NCBI GenBank assembly: GCA_050506795.1
Contig: JBJHCF010000006.1
Span: forward strand, 64,001-128,000
Direction of reading: 5' to 3'
Source: Opitutia bacterium
GTDB lineage: Bacteria; Verrucomicrobiota; Verrucomicrobiia; Opitutales; T3Sed10-336
Length of the DNA: 64,000 nucleotides
Both the position numbers and the translations under genes were made by a program. Below, one piece after another: positions 56,172 to 64,000 of this stretch (position 1 is its first letter; every line of letters starts with the position of its first letter). The notes under the pieces were generated by a model. The model was not told the origin of the DNA and did not search any database. It saw nothing but the letters and a program-made list of their open reading frames with translations.

Positions 56172-57952
56172 CGCCGGCACACGTATCATCTTTTCGACTG
56201 GGTCTGGTCGGATTCGTCGTTGCCACCTGCTTCTGCGGCATCGGCTTCCGCCTCTATCACCTTCAGGTGGTCGAGTCCGACTCGCTGGCCGCCTTCGCCG
56301 ACGGGCACCGTAAGCAGGTTATCGTGCAAAAGGCGCGCCGCGGCACCATCACGGACCGCCGGGGCAATCTCCTGGCGGCTGACCGGACGTTCATCGAACT
56401 GGGCGTGGATCCCCAGGTGGTGCGGGAGGAGGATCGCGACCGCTGGCCCGAACTGGCGCGTATTATCGATATGCCCCTGAATCAGTTGGAGCGTCTCATG
56501 ACCACCCGGGTTAGCGCCGGGAATTCCGGGTACGCGGAAGACGTGCGTTTGGTGCGTTGGAGGAAGTTACAGGACGGTCTGGATGAATCCACTTATGAGA
56601 AAATCCTGGAGCTCGGCATTCGCGGAGTTTACGGCAACCGGCATTACCGGAGGGTTTACCCGGGACGGGAACTCGCCGCGCACGTGGTCGGTTTCTCCAA
56701 TCGGGAGGGCCGGGGGATTATCGGGGTGGAACACGCGATGGATTTCTACCTGCGCGGGACTGACGGCTGGCTGGAGTCCGAGCGGGACGGCCGCCGGCGC
56801 GAATTGATGCAGTTTCGCAGCCGCGAGGTTCCGGCCACCAACGGTTTGAACATCGAGTTGACCCTCGATAACGTGGTGCAGTTCATCGTGGAGCGTGAAT
56901 TGCGACGGATCGCGGAAACCTTCGACCCCAAAGGCGCCGTCATCATCGTGAGCGAACCCGATACCGGGAATATTCTCGGGTTGGGCAGCTATCCTTCCTT
57001 CGATCTCAACCACTACAATCTCGTGGATATCGCCCATCACCGCAACCTGGCGGTGACCGATGTCCTGGAGCCCGGATCGACCTTCAAGATCGTCCCGGTT
57101 GCCGCCGCCCTTGAGGAGGGTCTGGTGACTCCGCATCGGATTTTCGATTGCGGGGTTTCCGTGGTGGAATACCGGGGCCGGCGTCTGAGCCTGCCGCGGG
57201 ACCACCGTGACTTCGGCGAACTTTCGGTGGCGGATATCGTGCGGGTATCCAGCAATCGCGGCGTCGCTTATATGGGAATGATGCTCGGGGAACAGCGGCT
57301 GCACGCCTATTCCGCGGCCTTTGGCTTTGGCCAAAGGACCGGGTTCCCCCTGGCGGGAGAGGTGCGGGGCACGCTGCATCCGGTGCGCAATTGGGATGGA
57401 TTGACCATTACCCGGCTCCCGATGGGGCACGCTCTGAACGCGACTCCCTTGCAGATTCACTACGCCACGGCCACCCTGGCCAACGGCGGCGTCCTGATGG
57501 AACCGCGGGTGGTCCGGCGGGCGGTGAACGAGAGGGGAGAGACCGTGTTCTCCCTTGATCCGGCGGCTCGTCAGCGGGCGGTTTCGATGGAAACGGCATC
57601 GCTGTTGTCCGAATTGCTGGTGGCGGCGGCCGCACCCGGAGGGACCGCGCCGGAGGCTCGGATTCCAGGATATGAAGTGGCCGGGAAGACCGGGACCACG
57701 CAGAAAATCATCGATGGACGGTATTCGCGCCAACACCACGTGGCGTCGTTTTCCGGCTATTTTCCAGCCTCCAATCCCCGCGTGGTCATCACGGTGATCG
57801 TCGACGAGCCGAATTCCGCGGGCCCGTCCTACGGCGGGTTGGTGGCGGCGCCCAGTTTCCGGCGGGTTGGGGTCGAGTTGATCCCCTATCTCGGCATTGA
57901 GGCGGTCCGGCCGGATGCGGTTCTGGCTCAGCGGGAAGGAGGATTTCGATGA
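56168..57952 (+). CDS. ftsI: Class B penicillin-binding protein (FtsI)
   Basis: 'RRGTITDRRG', SxxK 'PGSTFK', SxN 'SSN', 'AGKTGT'. Confidence 0.93.
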   Translation: MTPAHVSSFRLGLVGFVVATCFCGIGFRLYHLQVVESDSLAAFADGHRKQVIVQKARRGTITDRRGNLLAADRTFIELGVDPQVVREEDRDRWPELARIIDMPLNQLERLMTTRVSAGNSGYAEDVRLVRWRKLQDGLDESTYEKILELGIRGVYGNRHYRRVYPGRELAAHVVGFSNREGRGIIGVEHAMDFYLRGTDGWLESERDGRRRELMQFRSREVPATNGLNIELTLDNVVQFIVERELRRIAETFDPKGAVIIVSEPDTGNILGLGSYPSFDLNHYNLVDIAHHRNLAVTDVLEPGSTFKIVPVAAALEEGLVTPHRIFDCGVSVVEYRGRRLSLPRDHRDFGELSVADIVRVSSNRGVAYMGMMLGEQRLHAYSAAFGFGQRTGFPLAGEVRGTLHPVRNWDGLTITRLPMGHALNATPLQIHYATATLANGGVLMEPRVVRRAVNERGETVFSLDPAARQRAVSMETASLLSELLVAAAAPGGTAPEARIPGYEVAGKTGTTQKIIDGRYSRQHHVASFSGYFPASNPRVVITVIVDEPNSAGPSYGGLVAAPSFRRVGVELIPYLGIEAVRPDAVLAQREGGFR

Positions 57953-59520
57953 TCAGTTATGTGCCTGTCGTCCGGCGCCGATCTGAGCGTCGTAATTCCG
58001 GTGTCCGGCGTGGACAAAACAATGAAGCTCGGAGACATTCCTTCATGGAGAAACCTCTAAAAACGATCCTGACCGGTTTGGATGTGACCAGCGCGAGCGG
58101 GCGACTGGATCGGTCGATCGATTTCCTCGCCACCGACAGCCGGCGGGCGGGGCCGGGGTGTCTCTTCTTCGCTTTGCCCGGGAAGAAGACCGACGGCAGC
58201 TTTTTCATCGAGGAAGCGATCGATCGCGGTGCGGCCGCGGTGGTGACCGAGCAGCCCCGGCGTCCGCATTCCGGAGTCGCCTTTATCCAGGTGCCGGATG
58301 CGCGTGTGGCCATGGCGCAGGTGGCGCGCAGGTTTTTCAAGTTTCCGGACGAATCCCTCGCCCTGTGCGGCATCCTCGGCGCACGGGGCAAGTCGACCGC
58401 GGCCCACCTGCTCAAACATCTGCTGGACGCCGCCGGGGGGAGGACCGGACTCACCGGCAGTATCGCCTATGACCTGGGATCCCGCACGGTGCCCTCTTTT
58501 CTGACCACCCCCGACGCGGTGGAACTGTCCGGCCTCCTGGGACAGATGCGCGATGCCGGGGTGCGCGAGGCGGTGATCGAAATAAACGGCATGGGGCTGC
58601 GCCAGAAGAGCGTTTTCGGCCTGCGCTGGAAGGCGGGCGTTTTTCTTAACGGTGCCATGGGCAGGGCATCGGAAGAAGTTCCCACCGAGACCGATTTCAA
58701 ACTCGCGCGCGAGCTTTTCCAGGGATCTCTCGGAGGCCCGCCGGAGATTGCGGTCATCTGCTCGGATGATCCCCTGGGCCGGGAATTGATCGCCTCCAAT
58801 CCGGCGTCGGTCCGTCTGGTGACCTTTGGTTCGACCGAGGGTGCGGATATTCGGGCGGTTCGGATCGTGCCCGGTCCGGATTCGAGCCGTATCACGCTCG
58901 CCTGGCCGGAGGGCGAAACGGAGATTCTACTGCCGCTGACCGGCGCGACCAACGCCGCCAACTTCCTCGGCGCCGCCGCGGCGGCCTACGCGTTGGGTCG
59001 GGATCCCGCCACATTCGCGCACGCCCTGGCCCGGTTCTCCGGGGTGCCCGGACGAATGGAGCGAGTCGATAACGGGCAGGACTTTCGGGTTTTTGTGGAC
59101 CACGGACACACCGCCAACCGTTTGCGCGCCACCCTGGCGGCGCTGCGGGAGGTCACCCAGGGCCGGATCCTGGTGGTTTTTGGTTGCGGGGGGAATCGCG
59201 ACCGCGCCGTCCGGGCCGAGTTGGTCGAGCGGATCCAGCAACAGGCCGATTTTTTCTGGGCCACCGCCGACAATACCCGGGGCGAAAGCCTGGAGCAGAT
59301 CTTCTCCGATATGAAACCAGGGGTGATCGATCCCGCTCGGATCTCGTTTGTCTCCGAGCGCCGGGAGGCAATCCGTCAGGCTTTCGAGGAGGCCGAAGAA
59401 GGTGATGCCGTACTGCTTGCCGGCAAGGGAAACGAGTCTTTCCTTGAGATGGGCGACACTTTGTTGCCCTTTGACGATCGAATGGTGGCGAGGGAACTTC
59501 TGTCCCTGCCCAGAACATGA
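57949..59520 (+). CDS. murE: MurE-family Mur ligase with degenerate catalytic motifs
   Basis: Position ftsI-murE-murF; 'TDSR', 'TTPD', 'VPGRME', 'VFGCGGNRD' and 'LLAGKG' retained; several core motifs altered. Confidence 0.85.
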   Translation: MISYVPVVRRRSERRNSGVRRGQNNEARRHSFMEKPLKTILTGLDVTSASGRLDRSIDFLATDSRRAGPGCLFFALPGKKTDGSFFIEEAIDRGAAAVVTEQPRRPHSGVAFIQVPDARVAMAQVARRFFKFPDESLALCGILGARGKSTAAHLLKHLLDAAGGRTGLTGSIAYDLGSRTVPSFLTTPDAVELSGLLGQMRDAGVREAVIEINGMGLRQKSVFGLRWKAGVFLNGAMGRASEEVPTETDFKLARELFQGSLGGPPEIAVICSDDPLGRELIASNPASVRLVTFGSTEGADIRAVRIVPGPDSSRITLAWPEGETEILLPLTGATNAANFLGAAAAAYALGRDPATFAHALARFSGVPGRMERVDNGQDFRVFVDHGHTANRLRATLAALREVTQGRILVVFGCGGNRDRAVRAELVERIQQQADFFWATADNTRGESLEQIFSDMKPGVIDPARISFVSERREAIRQAFEEAEEGDAVLLAGKGNESFLEMGDTLLPFDDRMVARELLSLPRT

Positions 59521-59563
59521 ACTTTGCGTACATTATTCAAACCCGAAGGGAAATAAAAACCTG

Positions 59564-61036
59564 ATGCCCGAATTCAACGCAGCACAATTGGCCGAGTGGT
59601 CCGGGGGAACCTGGACCCGCGAGCCGCAGGGACCAATCACCGGGTTTTCCCACGATTCCAGACGGATAAAGACCGGCGAGATGTTCGTGGCGCTGGCCAC
59701 ATCCTCCCGGGACGGGCATGAATACCTGGAGGACGCCCGCGAGCATGGCGGGTCCGCCGCCCTGGTCACCCGCGCGGTGCCGGGGTCGCCCCTTCCGCAG
59801 TTGGTGGTGGACGATGTGCTGTCCGCGCTGCACCGGATGGCGACCGGAAATCGCGACCGATTTCGGGGACCGGTGATCGGTGTGACCGGAAGCTGCGGCA
59901 AAACCTCCGCCAAAGATCTCTTGGCCGAATTGCTGGCCTTTATGGGGCCGGTTCTCCGTACTTCGGGAAATTTCAACAACCACATCGGTGTTCCGCTGAC
60001 CCTGCTGCAACTGGATCCCGCTTACCATCGCGCCGCGGTGGTGGAAGCCGGAATCAATGCTCCGGGGGAAATGCGCGTTCTGGCAGGGTTGATTCGCCCG
60101 ACGCACGGAATGGTCACCAACGTGGCGCCCACTCATCTGGAAGGATTGAATAACCTCGCCGCGGTGGCCGAGGAGAAGAGTCTGCTTCTGCACGCGGTTC
60201 CGCCGGAAGGGGTGGTCGCTTTTCCGGCTACCTGTCTGGCGTTTCCGGGTTTCTGGCGTTTGCGTTGCCGGTCGCTGGTGACCGAGGACGAATCCGCGAC
60301 CCCGCCCGCCGCGCAGAGGTTTCTGAGTGGGCTGATGCCCGAATTTTCCTCCGAGCTGTTGGTGTCGCCGCGCAATCGCGCAACCTTTTTCCGCGAAGGG
60401 GAAGGGCGCGCCGCCCATCTCCGGGTGCGTTTTCCTCGCGAGGGGCGCCTCGTTTCCTTCGAGGCGGGCACCCTGAGTCCGGGAATGGCGGCCAACGCCG
60501 TCCTGGCCATGATGCTGGCGCGTGTGCTGGGAGCGGATGACCGGGCGCTGGCGATCGGGCTTTCCTGTTGGCAGCCTGACGCCTTGCGCGGCCGGGCCTT
60601 TCGGACGGAATCCGGCTTTTATTATCTCGACTGCTATAATTCCAGTCCCATGGCCCTGGTCGACGCCCTGGAGGCGTTCAACCGTGCCGCGCCCAAGGGA
60701 ATGGCGCGACTCTACATCCTTGGTTCCATGGCCGAGCTGGGACGTTACGCCAACGTCTTTCACCAGGAGACCATGCGATTTCTCAAATTGGAGGAGAACG
60801 ACTTTGCCTTGCTGATCGGCGATCACGCCGCCGCCATGGGCGAGGGTCTCGCCCTGGCGGGCAACGATTCCTCGCGGTGGAGCGTGGAGGATTCCTGGGA
60901 AAACGTTCGCACGCGTTATGCCACATTTCGCGGAGCGGTGTTTGTCAAGGGCAGTCGCCGGTATCGTCTGGAACGTCTCTTGGAGGAAACTCCGGCTGCG
61001 CCGGGACACTGCTCCGGAAAGGAAGTGGCATGCTGA
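59564..61036 (+). CDS. murF: UDP-MurNAc-tripeptide-D-Ala-D-Ala ligase
   Basis: 'GVTGSCGKT', 'GNFNNHIGVPLTL', 'DCYNSSP', 'LGSMAELG', 'VKGSR'. Confidence 0.93.
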   Translation: MPEFNAAQLAEWSGGTWTREPQGPITGFSHDSRRIKTGEMFVALATSSRDGHEYLEDAREHGGSAALVTRAVPGSPLPQLVVDDVLSALHRMATGNRDRFRGPVIGVTGSCGKTSAKDLLAELLAFMGPVLRTSGNFNNHIGVPLTLLQLDPAYHRAAVVEAGINAPGEMRVLAGLIRPTHGMVTNVAPTHLEGLNNLAAVAEEKSLLLHAVPPEGVVAFPATCLAFPGFWRLRCRSLVTEDESATPPAAQRFLSGLMPEFSSELLVSPRNRATFFREGEGRAAHLRVRFPREGRLVSFEAGTLSPGMAANAVLAMMLARVLGADDRALAIGLSCWQPDALRGRAFRTESGFYYLDCYNSSPMALVDALEAFNRAAPKGMARLYILGSMAELGRYANVFHQETMRFLKLEENDFALLIGDHAAAMGEGLALAGNDSSRWSVEDSWENVRTRYATFRGAVFVKGSRRYRLERLLEETPAAPGHCSGKEVAC

Positions 61037-62130
61037 GCTACCTGGCCGAGTTGGAGGAACTTTTCGGTCCCTTCCGGCTTTTCCGTTACATCACCTTTCG
61101 TGGATTGCTCGCGGCCGGGACGGCTCTTTTTATCGGCTTCGTCATGGGCCCGTGGCTCATCGCTCGCCTGAAAGCCCTCAGTTTCGAGCAGAGTTTGCGC
61201 ACCCGGGAAGAGGTCGGGGACCTGGCCGGACTGCACTCGACGAAAAAGGACACTCCCACCATGGGCGGGCTCCTGATTCTGGCCTCGGTGACGGTCAGCA
61301 CGCTTCTCTGGGCGAGGCCCAATATCTGGGTGCTGGTGGCTCTCTTTGTGTTTCTGGGACTGGGGCTTCTCGGGTTCGCCGACGATTACCTCAAGGTGTC
61401 GCGGCGCAACAGCAAAGGGGTTTCGGGGAAACGAAAAATTCTTTGGCAAAGCGCGGTGGCGGTTATCGCGCTGAGCGCCTTATTGCTGCATCCGGAGAGC
61501 GCGGAGAAAGTGCGCGAATTGTGGGTCCCGTTTGTCAAAGACGCCGTCATGACGGCGTCGCCGCTCTGGTTTCTTTTTCCGTTCTTTTTCCTTGTGATCA
61601 TCGGCTCCAGCAACGCCATCAACCTGACCGACGGAATCGACGGCCTGGCCATCGGTTGCACCATTATCGTGGGACTGGTTTACGCCGTCATGGCCTACGC
61701 CGCCGGGAACATTATTATTTCCGAGTACCTTTTCATCAGCTACGTGCCCGGAACCGGGGAGTTGAGCATTGTATGCGGCGCCCTGGTGGGCGCGGGACTG
61801 GCCTTTTTGTGGTACAATTCGCATCCGGCCGAGGTTTTCATGGGCGACACCGGATCACTGGCGCTGGGGGGAATCGTTGGGGCCGTGGCCTTTATGGTGC
61901 ACCAGCCGCTTACGCTGGTGATTGTGGGCGGAATTTTCGTGATGGAGGCGGTCTCCGTCATCCTGCAGGTGGTATCGTTCAAGAGCCGCGGAAAGCGGAT
62001 CTTTCGTATGGCCCCGATTCACCACCACTTCGAGCTTAAAGGGTGGTTTGAAACCAAGGTGGTCGTGCGTTTCTGGATACTTTCGCTGGTCTTTGCGATC
62101 ATCGGTCTGGGAACGCTTCGTTTGCGATGA
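61030..62130 (+). CDS. mraY: Phospho-MurNAc-pentapeptide transferase
   Basis: 'TPTMGG', 'DDY', 'NLTDGIDGL', 'FMGDTGS', 'MAPIHHHFE'. Confidence 0.97.
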   Translation: MLSYLAELEELFGPFRLFRYITFRGLLAAGTALFIGFVMGPWLIARLKALSFEQSLRTREEVGDLAGLHSTKKDTPTMGGLLILASVTVSTLLWARPNIWVLVALFVFLGLGLLGFADDYLKVSRRNSKGVSGKRKILWQSAVAVIALSALLLHPESAEKVRELWVPFVKDAVMTASPLWFLFPFFFLVIIGSSNAINLTDGIDGLAIGCTIIVGLVYAVMAYAAGNIIISEYLFISYVPGTGELSIVCGALVGAGLAFLWYNSHPAEVFMGDTGSLALGGIVGAVAFMVHQPLTLVIVGGIFVMEAVSVILQVVSFKSRGKRIFRMAPIHHHFELKGWFETKVVVRFWILSLVFAIIGLGTLRLR

Positions 62131-62388
62131 GATGACTATCAACGAATTTCAGAACCAGAAAAAGTCCGGCCGCGGAACGCCCGGTTTTGCGGTGGTTTTT
62201 GTTTGCGCTGTGATCACTCCATTCCGAAAATGGCAAAATTACTCGCGCGGCCGGAGATTGGCCGCATCGGGTTTCGAGGACGCTTCCGGAGGGCGGACCA
62301 TGCCGACCGGTTGCAGGACAGAAGTAAAACACGGACTTTTAAAGGAGAATTCACAGTGCAGACAGTTATGGGGAGGTATAGGAATCTT

Positions 62389-63501
62389 ATGAAAACGCCA
62401 AAAGTGTTCGCGGCCGTTTTAGCCGTTCACCTGCTGGCCTTTTCGCTATTGTTCGTCCAGCAGGGATGTCAAACCGTGTCGCCGGAAGAGCGAATGGACC
62501 GGACGCGTCCACCCGCGCCCTCTGAGCGGCAGTTGGAACGGGCGGATTATCAGCCCCGCCCGGCGTCGGAAACGACGGCCGGTGAGCCGGCGCAGCCCCG
62601 CTGGTCCGCACCGGTGCGTCCGGGAGCGACCGGGTTGGGGGATCTGGAGCCGCTGGAAACAGCGCGGGTCGAGGAGGAAGCAGACGTTTTGGCTCCGGTT
62701 ACCGACTGGCAAGACCCCGAACCGTTCGAAGAGATGGATTGGGGTTTTGGCACGGATGATACCCGCACTTACACGGTGCGGAGCGGCGACAACCTCTGGA
62801 ATATCTCGCGTCGCGAGGGGGTGGCCATGGATGATCTCTTGGCCGCGAACAATCTGACCCGTGAATCGATCATCCGTCCCGGACAGCAATTGAGCATACC
62901 TGCCGGAAGCGGCGGTGTCGTTCGGCCCCGGGAAGAGGTCACTCCTCCGCCAGCGCGGCCGGTTGAAATCCCCGAAGGTGCGGGAACCTATACCGTGCAG
63001 CGCGGCGACTCGCTGTCCGTGATCGCTCAGCGGTACAACACCACGGTCCGGGACCTGATGGCGGTCAACAACTTGACCAGCGACACCATCCGCATCGGCC
63101 AGGAACTCATTCTGCCCGACGCGTCGGCCGAGCCTTCGACACCTGCCACCCCCGCATCCCGGCCCGAGCCCGATGCCGGGAATGGGGTTCGGCACACCGT
63201 GGTGAGCGGGGAGACCCCGGGAAGCATCGCCAATCGGTACGGGATTTCGACCAACGAACTCATGAGCGCCAACAACATCAGCGATCCGCGGCGTATGCGG
63301 GTGGGTCAGGTGCTGGTGATTCCCGGCGTTGAGGAGGAATCCGACGAACCGGCGGCGCAGCCGGATGCTCCGGCGCAACCGTCCCAGACCGCGCTGCCGG
63401 TCGTTCCGGTGCAGCCGGATGATATGATTTTTATCGAGGACGAGGATGATGACGACGAGGATGATATCCCCTTCGTGCCCATCATTCCGGATGACGAATG
63501 A
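62389..63501 (+). CDS. Lipoprotein with three LysM domains
   Basis: Signal peptide ending 'QQGC'; 'YTVRSGDNL', 'YTVQRGDSL', 'HTVVSGET'; acidic tail. Confidence 0.92.
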   Translation: MKTPKVFAAVLAVHLLAFSLLFVQQGCQTVSPEERMDRTRPPAPSERQLERADYQPRPASETTAGEPAQPRWSAPVRPGATGLGDLEPLETARVEEEADVLAPVTDWQDPEPFEEMDWGFGTDDTRTYTVRSGDNLWNISRREGVAMDDLLAANNLTRESIIRPGQQLSIPAGSGGVVRPREEVTPPPARPVEIPEGAGTYTVQRGDSLSVIAQRYNTTVRDLMAVNNLTSDTIRIGQELILPDASAEPSTPATPASRPEPDAGNGVRHTVVSGETPGSIANRYGISTNELMSANNISDPRRMRVGQVLVIPGVEEESDEPAAQPDAPAQPSQTALPVVPVQPDDMIFIEDEDDDDEDDIPFVPIIPDDE

Positions 63502-63523
63502 CCGTCTGTTTCGATTGACTTGA

Positions 63524-64000
63524 ATGGCGACCCGCTCAGCAGAACGACTTTCGCTTGCCGGAATATTTCAACCGGGGGTGATTATCCTGGTGTGCGTGGT
63601 CAGCCTGACGGTCTTTGGCATCAGCGTGTTGTTCAGTGCCAGCGCCCACTCGGGCGCGGATCCTTATTTCTTTATCCGCCGTCAGTTTATGTGGCTGGCG
63701 GTGGCGGTGGCGACGGGAGTTTTTGTGTCCCTGCTGGACCTGGAGGCCTTGCGGCGGTTCTCCTGGCCAGTGTTGTTGGTCTCGGTGGCCGGCCTGGTGC
63801 TGGTGTTGATCCCGGGAATCGGGGTTGAGGTCAACGGCGCCCGGCGCTGGATCGATCTCGGGTTCATGCGTTTGCAGGTTTCCGAGTTCGCCAAGCTGGG
63901 GCTGGTTTTCTGTTTGGCTTGTTACCTCGGGGCGAACCACCGCGTTATTCCGACCTTCTGGCACGGGTTTGTTTTGCCCTGTCTGCTCATTGGTTTGTTC
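63524..64000 (+). CDS. ftsW: SEDS peptidoglycan polymerase FtsW (runs off the window end)
   Basis: Manual translation: MATRSAERL...VLFSAS...FIRRQFMW...EVNGARRWIDLG...QVSEFAKL. Confidence 0.92.
   Translation, partial: MATRSAERLSLAGIFQPGVIILVCVVSLTVFGISVLFSASAHSGADPYFFIRRQFMWLAVAVATGVFVSLLDLEALRRFSWPVLLVSVAGLVLVLIPGIGVEVNGARRWIDLGFMRLQVSEFAKLGLVFCLACYLGANHRVIPTFWHGFVLPCLLIGLF

Noticed and set aside
54485..61009. Long minus-strand ORFs (492, 390, 490 aa) in the dcw cluster
   Set aside because: Antisense shadows of rsmH, ftsI and murF
1..64000. CRISPR array, integron attC array, integrase/transposase, rRNA or tRNA genes
   Set aside because: No regularly spaced repeat-spacer series and no recognisable recombinase or structural RNA other than tmRNA were seen by eye

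Overview
Bacterial chromosomal window, most likely Verrucomicrobiota (Opitutia-like). This is inferred from the PVC-superphylum small basic protein, the short omega subunit and the mraY-LysM-ftsW dcw order. A minus-strand tmRNA (29595-29950) splits the window in two. The left half (~1-29.6 kb) is accessory DNA. It holds the end of a sugar-acid catabolic operon and then a defence island: a MORC ATPase-Z1-DUF4420-AIPR (Mza-like) module co-transcribed with a C5 DNA methyltransferase, Vsr, an SBD-HNH nuclease, a NERD-helicase with an Mrr_N partner, an unusual methyltransferase-HNH-S24 fusion, Fic, intact and broken TA pairs, duplicated gene fragments and GTAG-type REP doublets. The right half is core genome: recO, DUF502, ybeY, 7TM-HD, phoH, HIT, exosortase, rpoZ, smpB, thrB, trmL, oppABC, yifB/comM, glmS and the dcw cluster. 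The best novelty candidates are (i) a dynamin-like GTPase paired with a membrane-anchored protein closely resembling eukaryotic EHD ATPases, (ii) the MTase-HNH-S24 fusion heading the Mza+Dcm module, and (iii) a catalytically degenerate MurE with murD missing from its usual slot. All family calls come from motif recognition by eye; no searches were run.
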